The position numbers and the translations under genes were made by a program. This document shows, piece after piece, positions 49,057 to 61,529 of a stretch of DNA of 64,000 bases; position 1 is the first letter of the stretch; each line of letters starts with the position of its first letter. This DNA comes from Squalus acanthias (taxonomy: Eukaryota): positions 87,980,001 to 88,044,000 of the forward strand of contig CM059437.1 of the NCBI GenBank assembly GCA_030390025.1, read 5' to 3'. The notes under the pieces are model-generated. The model was not told the origin of the DNA. It saw only the letters and a list, made by a program, of their open reading frames with translations, and made no database searches.

Positions 49057-51157
49057 GTTATCCTTACAATAGTCATGCACTAAAATTGAAAATGCACGAG
49101 ATGTAAATGAGTAAGTCAGCCTAATGTCATCAGAACTATTTGTAATGAAGGGATCCTGTCAAAACATTTGCCCACCTCCCTCTTAACTGATGTGCATTTC
49201 ATGCATTTTCTGTTTTCTTTTGGATCTGCACTCCAGTATTTGTTGCTTTTCATCCCCCTTTCTTTTTGTCTCTTGTATTCACGGTACCAGTGTCTGTTAA
49301 ACAATTTCTGAGATGCAACCTGAGATAGACTTTATCTTCTGCAGCTGTTCACTCTGTGGCAAGTGCAACACGATGACATAGTCACCACCATTTTTGATGC
49401 ACAAGATTTCGTCTCTGTTTAGTGCTGGAATTTCTGGCTTGCAAAGCAGAGATAACTGATTAGGATAGTCCTTTTAAAGTAGTAGGTGACCATTTCTTGT
49501 AGGATGAGGGTTAAATTGATATGCCGATAGGGTTAGATGAAATCGGGTGGGGGGAGGCTCGTGTGGAGCATAAAGACCAGCATTGACTTGTTGGGCCGAA
49601 TGGCCTGTTTCTGTGCTGAAAATACTCTGCTCCTTCTTAAACTACCTGCCAAACAAAACCTTCATGACCCTTCAGGTTTATTCTAATATGCATCCCGTTG
49701 AATGTCTGTGAACGATCTTGCAGCCCTTCCTACCTCCTGGTGCCACCATCACAAATCTGTATGTAGTAGGTACTGAAGGAATATTTCACGTGACATTAAA
49801 GCCACGTCTTGCTTTCTGCCGAAGTTTTATAAAAAAGAACTCGGGCACAGCAGGACCACAAGCTAAACCGGGGACCTTCTGGCTAAGCTCCCCACCCAGT
49901 TATGTGTGTGGGTACATTTCTGCGGTTGGGTTGAAAGCACATTGTTGAGTAAAGTAGAAGGAGCTGTGCATCTATACCTGACCTGGGATACTTGGTGTTG
50001 ACACTGAGTGCTAGCAATACACCATCAATAGTTTTATTGTGTGAAGAATCTTTTTTTTTTAATGGAAGAAATTGTCTTTGAGATCCAAATTATTGGTAAT
50101 CTCTTATGCAGATGTTGTAGGTTGGAGGAATGTAAAAGAAAACCCAGGGTACAAGTCTGACTGTCTGAGTGGTAAATGGAATTAAAATGACTGCAAGGCT
50201 GCACCTCTGCTTTGCTAACACCAAAATGTGAGGCCAAAGCTTTGTAGATTGTAATTAGATACTTCATAGCGCTGTATTGCGTGCATGTATGATTTTAAAA
50301 TATGAAAATGAGTACTTTCAGAAAAGTGACTCTATACAGAGGGATGCTGTTTATCCAAACTGGTCAGTTAACCAAGACTCCTGGTCACCCTACATGACTT
50401 GTTTTCAGGCACTTTTCGGGTCATATTAAAGACTCTGCTTTCAGCATGGAGTCTCACTAGTGGCGAGTGTGGTTTGGAAAATGAGGCTATGATGCCGAGC
50501 CTCATCTCCACTGTGGTGCTCACCACTCGTGAGGCTCTGCGATGGGAGCAGAATCTTCCATAAACTACCCTCCCAAGTTCTCGACATTGGTTTCATTTTG
50601 GAAGCAATGCAGTGCTGTTTTCAGTATGGTGTACATGGCGGGTGTGTGCATTGTTGGGTTGTGTCTGAAGAGAGTCACTTGAGCTGTACGATACTGACGG
50701 TTACAGAGCTGCCACTGGTGGGAAATTGAGACACTCTATTAACTTGAATAAAGAGGAACACACAAGAATCATATTGGCCTGTGAGATTTTCCCCCCTATC
50801 GCTACACTGACTATGCCTGGTGATACTGTCCACACATGCGATTGGATACCTGAACTTTTCACATCCCAATAGAAGGATTTTTTATTTGAACGTACAGCAT
50901 CCCACTGCATAGGTAAAGCTGGATCTGTGTTAAAGGCTACTTATCGGACTCCGAAGCAGACCTCTCCTGTCTATCAACATTAGTCATTTCAGGCCATGTT
51001 GTCCCATCTCTCATTGCACTGCTCCATAGTTCTGTGTATCCTATACATTTGTGCTGTCAACTGTCAATCCACCTTTGTTGTTAGGGAGAGATAACTTTGA
51101 TAAACAGTGGTATCAATATACTGAAATGGTGAAACTCTGCTTCACGATCAACCCACA

Positions 51158-51445
51158 GAGTGGGATTCAGAGGAGTGGGGAGTCAGAGGAGTGGGGAGTC
51201 AGAGGAGTGGGGAGTGTCAGAGGAGGGAGAATCGGGGGGGGGGGGAGAGTCAGAGGAGGGAGAATCGGGGGGGAGTGTCAGAGGAGGGAGACTCAGAGGG
51301 GGGAGTGTCAGAGGAGGGAGACTCAGAGGGGGGAGAGTCAGAGGAGGGAGACTCAGAGGAGGGAGAGTCAGGAAGGGGAGTCAGAGGAGGGAGATTCAGG
51401 GGGGGAGAGGCAGAGCGGGGGAGGCAGAGAGGAGAAAGAGAGAGA
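51158..51445. repeat. GA-rich minisatellite (about 27-bp units, gtcagaggagggagactcagaggggg)
   Basis: Direct tandem repeats visible in the sequence. Confidence 0.9.
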
Positions 51446-51785
51446 GTATGTGTGTATCTATTTGGGGAGAGAGGGGCTGACCTCCAATTTTTGTCATCAA
51501 AAAACCTAGGTTAAAGGTCAAGGCTTCAAGGTACAGGAAACCACTGAAGTTGAAAAGATGAGGTGGAAAGGTGAGGTAAATCAAGACATGATGATTAGAT
51601 GATGCTAAACTTGGGTTTTAAAAGTTTGAAGACCACAGGAGGAAAGGAGGTCTGAGTGCAGTAAAGAGGTCCACAGTTTTGAGTTCCTGGGCGAAATTGA
51701 GTGAGAGTAGGAGATAGTGTGATCAGTCTTGATTTTAGCACAGTCAGGATGAAGGGAGGAGGTAAAGTGTGTAGGATGGGGTATT

Positions 51786-53246
51786 TAAGAACATAAGAAC
51801 ATAAGAAATAGGAGCAGGAGTAGGCCAATCGGCCCCTCGAGCCTGCTCCGCCATTCAATAAGATCATGGCTGATCTGATCCTAACCGCCAATCTACTATC
51901 TATCACAGAACCATCTCCTGCATCTAACAGAATTGCACACACGAAATAGGAGCAGAATCAGGCTACACAGTCCCTGGGCCCGCTCCACTACCCACAGGGC
52001 CATGACCGATCCGAACCTAGACTCATGTCCAAATTCCTGCCCGCTCCCCGTAACCCTTAATGCCCTTTACTTCTAGGAAACTGTCTATTTCTGTTTTAAA
52101 TTTAATTAATGTTGTAGCTTCTACAGCTTTTTGTGGCAGCATATTCCATGGACCTACCACCCTCTGAGTGAAGTAGTTCCTCCTCATCTCAGTTTTGAAA
52201 GAGCAGCCCCTTATTCTAAGACTATGTCCCCTAGTTCTCGTCTCACCCGTCATCGGGAACATCCTCCCCGCATCCACCCGATCCAACCCCTTCACAATCT
52301 TATATGTTTCAATAAGATCGCCTCTCATTCTTCTGAACTCCAATGAGTAGAGTCCCAATCTACCCAACCTCTCCTCATATGACCACCCCCTCATCCCCGG
52401 GATTAACCGAATGAACCTTTTTTGCACTGCCTCGAGAGCAAGGATGTCTTTCCTTAAGTAAGGACACCAAAACTGTATGCAGTATTCCAGGTGCGGTCTC
52501 ACCAATACCTTGTACAACTGAAGCAATACCTCCCTATTTTTATATTCTATCCCCCTAGCAATGAAAGCCAACATTCCATTTGCCTTCTTAATCACTTGCT
52601 GCACCTGCATACTAACCTTTTGAGTTTCGTGCACCAGGACCCCCAGATCCCTTTGCACTTCAGTACTCTCCAGTTTCTTGCCATTAAGATAATAAATTGC
52701 TCTAGGATTTTTCCTGCCAAAGTGCATCACCTCACACTTTCCAGTGTTGTATTCCATCTGCCAAATCTCTGCCCACTTACTTAGCCTGTCTATGTCCCCT
52801 TGCAGGTTTTTTATGTCCTCCTCATTCACTACTTTCCCTCCCATCTTTGTATCATCTGCAAATTTTGATATGTTACACTTGGTCCCTTCCTCCAAATCGT
52901 TAATATAGATTGTGAAGAGTTGGGGACCCAGCACTGACCCCTGTGGAACACCACTAGTTACTGATTGCCAGTCTGAGAATGAACCATTTATCCCAACTCT
53001 TTGCTTTCTGTTAGATAGCCAATCCTCTATCCATGCCAGAATATTACCCCCAATTCCGTGATTTTTTACCTTAAGCAATAATCTTTTGTGTGGCACCTTG
53101 TCAAATGCCTTTTGGAAGTCTAAATACACTACGTCCACTGGTTCCCCTTTATCCACTCTATATGTTACTTCCTCAAAGAACTCCAGCAAATTTGTCAAAC
53201 ATGACTTCCCCTTCGTAAAACCATGCTGACTTTGTCCTATTAAATT
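51786..53246 (-). mobile_element. Young CR1 LINE, copy B (RT domain, 5'-truncated)
   Basis: Open ORF with SQHGFTKGKSCLTNL, DFQKAFDKVPH, GVPQGSVLGP and FADDTK; same 3' UTR as copies A and C. Confidence 0.95.
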
Positions 53247-54929
53247 TGGAGTGATTATTGATAAGTGGCAGCCGGTGGCAACGGTGGTGGATGGCATTGC
53301 TCATCCTTGAGTTCTGGCCTGGAGCAGCCTGAGCTGTTGACCTACCCACGTGGGCATTTTCTTTCCATTGTTGCTTGTCCGGACCTGTCCTGGGGCCAGC
53401 TTGGAAGATCCATGGCCAGAAATGTCAAAGTGCCCTAGGTGACTTTTGATCACCCGCCCGTGTGCCAGGTATGTGTGCAGTTGCTTCAGTGTTGCTATTG
53501 GCGCTCGGAATGTGCCCAGTAACCATAGAATCACAGAATAGTACAGCACAGAAGGAGGCCATTCGGCCCATTGATATAAGCAGGTGCATCATATCTGGGG
53601 TATTAAAACCTAATCCGACCAACAAATGGAGCCTCGAGCATTGCCCGAGGTACCGGCAATTGCCCTGAAAATGTAAATCTAATGTTTATATACACATCCC
53701 ATATACAACACAACGTTCTATTTCCCACCCTATGTCCTGTTGGATGAGAAACCCCTAACTGGACCTAAGGTGCTTATTATAAGATGCATTGGGAATGGAC
53801 ACTAGCGCTCTGTTACAAAGCGTTGGTGAGAGGTGTGCTCCGTAGGTGCTTTTGTTAACGAGCATGTTGTGTACTGGCTCTGTCGGAGATTAAGAGATGA
53901 ACTTTCAGTTTATATCACACGTCTGGCTCATGTTTATGCGCTGTGGAGTCTTAAGATCTGAGGTCTCAAAGGGTCATGGTGAACTATATCCTAAAATATA
54001 TTAAACGAAAACATTCTTGACCATGTTAAAGTGTGGTGTTATAATTTGCCTGAACTCCCCTGGGGTAGCGAGGGGAGAAATAAATCACTCTCATCGCTGA
54101 CTGATGATTTCCCCCTGCCGGACGGGTGTGTGTGTGTGTGGACAATGGACAAGGACAGGTTCAGCTTTGGCTGTGATGCACCATGCGGTTGAATAGCCTG
54201 CGGACGCACACTGTCTGGGCCTCTCAGGCACAAAAAAAAAGAGACCGGTTGGGCGACACACCAGAGGGTGACCCGTAACCTGTGGATCCTTACCCCAGCA
54301 CGCGCCCACTCCTTCAAGGGAGAAGGGCAGTACGGAATAACTCTGACTTTGGGATGCATTTGTGATTGCAAACCATTTCACGGGACTCAGGCCCCACTTT
54401 CTTGTTGCTTACTCTGCTGAAAACTGCACCAAGGATGTTATCCACATCACTAATTTAATATAGTATATCTATAAAATTTAAAGTGTCTGTAGGATCCCTC
54501 GGATTCTCCACACATTGACTATGTCCTTCTTTTCCCCAACTCCCTTCCTCTTTTGAAGGCGTTGACTCCTTGGCGGGGTTAGGTTCTGCTCACCTGAATG
54601 AACATTGTTCAAGTGGGCGCCTACACGCTGAGTTCTGGAAGGATGCCGAGTGAGCTCAGGATTGGGCCCTGCTGTGAAGCTCCTGTGACTGAATAGCCTT
54701 CCTGCCAAATGTTCCCACGTGACTGGGGTGAAGCACTATTGGGGACTCTGCCAGTGGGAAAAGTGAGGGAGTTGATGCCTTGAGGAAGGGGGAAATCTTG
54801 GGGGGGAAAAGGCATCGAGTATCTCGCTGGGTTATTTTGTTTATAATTGCAACCCCGTTGCCTGACATGAAAAGCTACAGAAAGTGCTGCTGTTCTAAAA
54901 TGGCTCTTGGTCCATTTGTATAAAAATAG

Positions 54930-55076
54930 ATCAAGCAGGAAGAGCACCCTCCACCCCCTGTGTCACCAGTCTCCCCTGTAGCTACCGCAGGATTCATTAA
55001 GCAGCTTGTCCGACAAAAAGAGAAAGAAGGGAAGGAGGCACGGGAGCACAAAAAGGAGCGAAGAGTCGAACAACAG
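54930..55076 (+). CDS. MYO18B: Myosin XVIIIB coding exon 2 (IKQEEHPPPP...GFIKQLVRQKEKEGKEAR...EQQ)
   Basis: Boundaries are aatag|ATC and CAG|gtgagc; 147 nt, phase 0/0. It matches mammalian IREEDKSPPP...GGFIKQLVRGTEKEAKEAR (from memory). Confidence 0.92.
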
Positions 55077-55194
55077 GTGAGCGCGTCCGAGAGGCCAGCA
55101 CGGCGAGGAATGGGCGGGAGAGAGGGCGGGCTGTATGGGAGAGTGCAATCGAAGAGGTGATGAGCTTAAAGTGGAAGGACACCTTCCGATTGGA

Positions 55195-55415
55195 TTTAGA
55201 ATCGTAGAATCTCACAGCACAGAAGGAGGCCATTCGGCCCATCGTACCTGTGCCGGCTCTTCGAAAGAGCTCTCCAATTAGTCCCACTCTCCCCGCTCTT
55301 TCCCCACAGCCCTGCAATTCTTTCCCCATCAACTATTTATCCAATTCCCTTTTGAAAGTTATTATTGAATCTGCTTCCACCGCCCTTTCAGGCAGCGCAT
55401 TCCAGATCACAACAA
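55195..55415 (-). mobile_element. CR1 LINE 3' tail fragment
   Basis: agaatcgtagaatctcacagcacagaaggaggccattcggccc... Confidence 0.8.
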
Positions 55416-55680
55416 CTCCCTTCACTTTGATATCGGTTGTTTCGGAGCAGGACTGCAACTTTAATTTGTGGTTCAGACTTCGTTTTATGACCAGTGTGAT
55501 GTTGGCTGGTGAAGACTTTTCTACCCTGCCTTGAAAATAAAATCCTTTTTTTTTTGCTCATTTTTGCCATTTTTTTTCCCGTCAAAAAAAGTAAAAATTG
55601 GAGCAAATATTTTAACCTCACTTGACTGACTATTTGTTTGTTTAGTTCAAACATACATGGGTCGGCAGTAGGGTTGCCAA

Positions 55681-55838
55681 CAATGTTCCCTTTTTTGTTG
55701 TTGCGCGGCCCCTTTAAGTGGCCGCGCGGCCCATTCAAATTTCCGTGCAGGCGCGGTTTCTCCCATATGAAAGCCGGCGAGCGGCCTGCGCGGGACTTCC
55801 AGACCGCCGTGCGGCCGGGGAACGTAGCGGGAACGTTG
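55681..55838. mobile_element. 158-bp hAT-type MITE
   Basis: TIRs CAATGTTCCC and GGGAACGTTG; 8-bp TSD gttgccaa versus gttcccaa; internally palindromic. Confidence 0.8.
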
Positions 55839-55965
55839 GTTCCCAACCCTACAGGATGGCCCTGGAGTCTCCAGGAATTGAAGATTAATCTCTAGGATAG
55901 TGCATGCAACCAGGGAGAAAAATCATAGGGGTGGGGGGAGAATTAAAAAAAAAAAGTGTGTTTTA

Positions 55966-58330
55966 CATAAGAACATAAGAAATAGGAGCAGGAGTAGGCC
56001 AATCGGCCCCTCGAGCCTGCTCCGCCATTCAATAAGATCATGGCTGATCTGATCCTAACCGCCAATCTACTATCTACTATCACAGAACCATCTCCTGCAT
56101 CTAACAGAATTGCACACACGAAATAGGAGCAGAATCAGGCTACACGGTCCCTGGGCCCGCTCCACTACCCACAGGGCCATGACCGATCCGAACCTAGACT
56201 CATGTCCAAATTCCTGCCCGCTCCCCGTAACCCTTAATGCCCTTTACTTCTAGGAAACTGTCTATTTCTGTTTTAAATTTATTTAATGATGTAGCTTCTA
56301 CAGCTTTTTGTGGCAGCATATTCCATGGACCTACCACCCTCTGAGTGAAGTAGTTCCTCCTCATCTCAGTTTTGAAAGAGCAGCCCCTTATTCTAAGACT
56401 ATGTCCCCTAGTTCTAGTCTCACCCGTCATCGGGAACATCCTCCCCGCATCCACCCGATCCAACCCCTTCACAATCTTATATGTTTCAATAAGATCGCCT
56501 CTCATTCTTCTGAACTCCAATGAGTAGAGTCCCAATCTACACAACCTCTCCTCATATGACCACCCCCTCATCCCCGGGATTAACCGAGTGAACCTTTTTT
56601 GCACTGCCTCGAGAGCAAGGATGTCTTTCCTTAAGTAAGGACACCAAAACTGTATGCAGTATTCCAGGTGCGGTCTCACCAATACCTTGTACAACTGAAG
56701 CAATACCTCCCTATTTTTATATTCTATCCCCCTAGCAATGAAAGCCAACATTCCATTTGCCTTCTTAATCACTTGCTGCACCTGCATACTAACCTTTTGA
56801 GTTTCGTGCACCAGGACCCCCAGATCCCTTTGCACTTCAGTACTCTCCAGTTTCTTGCCATTAAGATAATAAATTGCTCTAGGATTTTTCCTGCCAAAGT
56901 GCATCACCTCACACTTTCCAGTGTTGTATTCCATCTGCCAAATCTCTGCCCACTTACTTAGCCTGTCTATGTCCCCTTGCAGGTTTTTTATGTCCTCCTC
57001 ACTCACTACTTTCCCTCCCATCTTAGTATCATCTGCAAATTTTGATATGTTACACTTGGTCCCTTCCTCCAAATCGTTAATATAGATTGTAAAGAGTTGG
57101 GGACCCAGCACTGACCCCTGTGGAACACCACTAGTTACTGATTGCCAGTCTGAGAATGAACCATTTATCCCAACTCTTTGCTTTCTGTTAGATAGCCAAT
57201 CCTCTATCCATGCCAGAATATTACCCCCAATCCCGTGATTTTTTACCTTAAGCAATAATCTTTTGTGTGGCACCTTGTCAAATGCCTTTTGGAAGTCTAA
57301 ATACACTACGTCTACTGGTTCCCCTTTATCCACTCTATATGTTACTTCCTCAAAGAACTCCAGCAAATTTGTCAAACATGACTTCCCCTTCGTAAAACCA
57401 TGCTGACTTTGTCCTATTAAATTATGATTATCCAAATGTCCTGTTACTGTTTCCTTAATAATGGACTCCAAAATTTTACCTACCACAGATGTTAGGCTAA
57501 CCGGTCTATAGTTACCAGCCTTCTGTCTACTGCCCTTTTTAAATAAGGGTGTTACATTAGCAGTTTTCCAGTCTGCTGGGACCTTAGCGGAATCCAGGGA
57601 GTTCTGAAAAATTATTACCAATGCATCTACAATCCCTACCGCCACTTCCTTCAAGACTCTAGGATGTAAGCCATCAGGTCCAGGTGATTTATCCGCCTTG
57701 AGTCCCATTATTTTACCGAGTACCACTTCCTTAGTGATTTTGATCGTGTTTAGCTCCTCTCCCCCTATAGCCCCCTGTTTGTCCAGTGTTGGGATATTCT
57801 TAGTGTCCTCTACTGTAAAGACTGATACAAAATATTCATTCAGTGTTTTTGCCATCTCCATATTTCCCACCATTAATTTCCTGGTCTCATCCTCTAAGGG
57901 ACCAACATTTACTTTAGCCACCCTTTTTCTTTTTATATAACTATAAAAACTCTTACTATCTGTTTTTATATTTTTTGCTAATTTACTTTCATAATCTATC
58001 TTCCCTTTCTTAATCAATCTTTTTGTTATTTTTTGCTGCCTTTTAAAGTTTTCCCAATCCTCTGTCCTCCCACTAGATTTCGCTACCTTATATGCCCTTG
58101 TTTTTAGTCGAATACTATCCTTAATTTCTTTATTTAGCCACGGATGACTGTCCTTTCTTTTACACCCTTTTCTTTTCAGTGGAATATATATTTTTTGGAA
58201 GTTGTAAAATAACTCCTTGAATGTACACCACTGATCATGTGTCGTCTTACCCTTTAATCTATTTTCCCAATCCACTCTACTCAATTCCGCTCGCATACCT
58301 TCATAGTCTCCTTTATTCAAGCTTAGCACT
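55966..58330 (-). mobile_element. Young CR1 LINE, copy C (uninterrupted 709-codon ORF2 fragment with RT, endonuclease missing)
   Basis: ORF 56200-58329 has KSPGPDGLHPRVLKE, NYRPVSLTS and FADD motifs and no stops; 5'-truncated. Confidence 0.96.
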
Positions 58331-58769
58331 TTCTTTGAACATTAGTTGGAAAAATATTGAAGATGGGGAAAAAAGGCTGTTTGACTAACAGTCAAGATGA
58401 ATCCAATTGGGTAATAAAAGAGTCTGTTTGCTTTCCAATTGGCCGCGGGACGGTAGTGCGTCCGGACCCGGAATGGTTGGAGGTGGGAGATCATGTGATG
58501 AAACCTCCTGGAATTCACCCAATCAGAGTTGGCGACCCTAGTTGGCAGCCATTAATTCTGGTTATATGGCAATTATTATTCTGGGCAGTAATTTTCTCTT
58601 TTGATTATTTTGGAGGAAGCTCACAAACAAAATCCTGATGTTGTTACAAGCAAAATCAAATGTATTATGGAAATAATCAAATTTAAAGAATCTATTTTGA
58701 GTTTTTTTTAGCTTTAACAAATGAACCGTGTGGAATTTTCATTCCAATTTTCCTTTGGCCTCACTTTTG

Positions 58770-59630
58770 TCAGCCGTGGCTCGGTGGGTAGCACCCTCGC
58801 CTCCGAGTCAGAAGGTCGTGAGTTCAAGTCCCACTCCAGAGACTTGAGCACAAAAATTCTCGGCAGACACTCCAGTGCAGTGCTGAGGGAGTGCTGCACT
58901 GTCGGAGGTGCCGTCTTTCGGATGAGACGTTAAACCGAGGCCCCGTCTGCTCTCTCGGGTGGATGTAAAAGATCCCACGGCACTATTTCTCCATGATGTC
59001 CTGGCCAATATTTATCCCTCAATCAACATCACTAAAAAACAGATGATCTGTTCATTATCAGGTTGCTGTTTGTGGGAGCTTGCTGTGCGCAAATTGGCTG
59101 CTGCGTTTCCTACATTACAACAGTGACTACACTTCAAAAAGTACTTCATTGGCTGTAAAGTGCTTTGGGATGGCCTGAGGTCGTGAAAGGCGCGATATAA
59201 GAACATAAGAAATAGGAGCAGGAATAGGCCACTTGGCCCCTCGAGCCTGCTCCGCCATTCAATAAGATCATGGCTGATCTTGGGCTCAAAGCCACTTCCC
59301 TGCCTGCTCCCCATAACCCTTCACTCCCTTATCTTGCAAAAATCTGTCTATCTCCACCTTAAATGTATTTAATGACCCAGCCTCCACAGCTCTCTGGGGG
59401 CAGAGAATTCCACAGATTTACGACCCTCTGAGACAAGAAATTCCTCCTCATCTCAGCTCTAAAAGGGCGACTCTTTATTCTGAAACTATGCCCTCGAGTT
59501 CTAGATTTCCCCACGAGGGGAAACATCCTCTCTGCATCTACCTTGTCGAGCCCCCTCAGTATCTTATATGTTTCAATAAGATCACCTCTCATTCTTCTAA
59601 ATTCCAATGAGTATAAGTCTTTCTTCTTCT
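58770..59630. mobile_element. DeuSINE (plus strand) with a CR1 3' fragment (minus strand, about 59200-59612) inserted in its tail
   Basis: The SINE runs to gaaaggcgcgatataag, then CR1 (EFRRMRGDLIETYKIL), then tataagtctttc resumes. Confidence 0.85.
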
Positions 59631-60079
59631 TTTAACTTTCAGTTAATTTATTTTAAAATTCAGTTTGGGTGGGCCAGCCATTCCCTGAATTTTAGCAGTG
59701 TTGCCCTTTTTAAGAGAGGCACTTGAATTTGTGTCCCTGTGGTGCTAGACATGCCTGGCCCCACTGTTCCACTGACCTAGCTCAAAGTAGGATCCTTCTG
59801 TGTAGTCCTTCTGAACCTTCTTTAAATATTTCAGGGGGTTGTTTTTAAAATATTGATTTAATTTTGCCCCCACCCCCCACCCAGCCTAATCAGCATTTTC
59901 CCCTTTAAGAGAGTTTTGTGCGTCATGGTATTTGTTAGCATTGGAATCAGCCATGATTTTAAAGAAAGTCGAGGAGCATTCTTGCTACTCCAGCAGGAGC
60001 ATGGTTTCGGATTTGGGTGGGGTAAGGACACGATCGCTGAGCATTACTGCCCATTCTGCAATCTGTTTCTATCTCCGTT

Positions 60080-60625
60080 ACTATCTCTGTAACCTCCTCC
60101 AGCCCTACAACCCTCCGAGATCTCTGCCCTCCTCTAATTCCAGCCTCTTTCGCATCTCTGATTTTCATGACTCCATCATTGGCGGCCATGCCTTCAGCTG
60201 CCTGGGCCCTAAGCTCTAGAATTCCCTCACTCCTTAAACCTCTCCACCTCTCTCTCCTTTAAAAAGCTCTTTAAAACCTAACATAAGAAAACTACTCGGC
60301 ACTTGGTCTAAGCGTTAAACAAAGCTTTAATCAACTGTTTTACAACATGGAGATCTAGTTGTGTCCTTCACTAGTTCCTGTTGAGGAATGTCCTGAGCAA
60401 GCTGGGCCCATGCCCAAGTATTTATACTCTCCCTAGACAGCGCCACCAGCAGGCCGCCCAGTATTATTTCATAAGTCATTTCCACATGAATGACAAGATT
60501 CATGTCAAAACCTGTGCTAATATCTCCTTATGTGGCTCGGTGTCAAATTTTGTCTGATAATGCTCTGTGGAGCGACTTGGGACGTTTTACTATATTAAAG
60601 GTACTGTATAAATACAAGTTGTTAT
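60080..60625 (+). mobile_element. L2-like LINE 3' fragment interrupted by a solo LTR
   Basis: YLCNLLQPYNPPRSL remnant and L2-type tail. Confidence 0.8.
60279..60507 (-). mobile_element. Solo LTR, second copy of the 8268-8495 family
   Basis: TAACAT...ATGTCA termini, 5-bp TSD AAACC (60274-60278 and 60508-60512), colinear with copy 1. Confidence 0.85.
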
Positions 60626-60974
60626 GTTTGTATAGTTTAGTGACAGGATCTGATTGACTCACTGTTACACTGATTCTGATCCCACCCCACACCTAACCCC
60701 ACCCAAATATCTTGGAGGCATTTGGGGACTAGCTGAGTTAAAGGTGCAGTACCATAACTATTTCAAATTGCAATAAAATGGGACAAAAATATGTTTTTAA
60801 TGAAGTTTTTTGAACAACCTTTGATTGAATTGTTGCATGTTTAATGTGTTCTGATTTTTCCAGATTTGATAATCTTGGATGATCCTCTGTGCATGCCATA
60901 GATTAAGAAGATGCTTTCCCTCCCATCCCTTTCATCACTATTAACGTTAACCCTTCACCTATCTCCCATTACAG

Positions 60975-61529
60975 CGACGAGCTAAATTGGATGATAGTTT
61001 GCTTCAACATTTTTTACATTTAACTCAGAATGAAAGCCAGCCAGTAGACGACGCAATGGATCGCGGAACTCAGCCCCTGGTAAACGGGCACCATGGCGAG
61101 GGACCTGAGGGTCAATCTGCACCGCAGCCAGAAACAAAGGCCGAATGCAAACGAGCGACAGTGTTTAGGAAACCAAAAGCAACACAAGTGACGGCACCAT
61201 CAGCAGGAAATCAGAGCCCGGGACTGGAAACCACGGACAGTCCTCAGCAAAACATTGGTTCATTCCAAACCGGCCACGGTCCAGTTGCTACGGAAACCAA
61301 TCTCGGAGCTCGGCAGCAGCCCAGCAGAAATGAAGAGTTTTCAGAGGAGGATTGGAAGTCTCAGTTGGACGTGGGGAAGGTCACGCAAGACGGGCAAGAG
61401 TCCAATTGCCCCGTGCCTGAGGGCCCAGCAGGGGAGGATATAGCGGGGGACACGCGAGAAAATCGCCTCAATCATGAAGCGAATCAAGAGATTGAGGAAA
61501 GTCGAGGGGAACAAGTGGATTTAGAGAAG
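60975..61529 (+). CDS. MYO18B: Myosin XVIIIB coding exon 3 (low-complexity N-terminal extension)
   Basis: Boundaries are cccattacag|CGA and AAG|gtaatt; 555 nt open, phase 0/0, in frame with both neighbouring exons. The peptide is E/Q/P/S-rich and looks disordered. Confidence 0.82.

Larger units (their letters stand above)
55669..58540. mobile_element. hAT (Blackjack-like) non-autonomous element hosting two nested insertions
   Basis: TIRs TAGGGTTGCCA and TGGCGACCCTA; 8-bp TSD gtcggcag (55661-55668) versus gttggcag (58541-58548). Confidence 0.75.

Noticed and set aside
51051..51514. Glu/Gly/Arg-rich ORFs in three frames as an extra MYO18B exon
   Set aside because: They come from a GA-rich minisatellite that is open in all frames, and the flanking MYO18B exons already join by homology without them.
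52023..53297. ATG-initiated 424-aa ORF as a chimeric gene
   Set aside because: The first 17 or so codons are flanking DNA that happens to be in frame with a truncated CR1 RT. I see no promoter or splice evidence.
56200..58329. 709-aa RT ORF as a host gene or autonomous element
   Set aside because: It is a 5'-truncated CR1 ORF2 with no endonuclease domain, no ORF1 and no true ATG start.
8268..60507. Two same-orientation LTRs as the ends of one 52-kb provirus
   Set aside because: Each LTR has its own distinct 5-bp TSD (CTGTG and AAACC), so they are independent solo LTRs.
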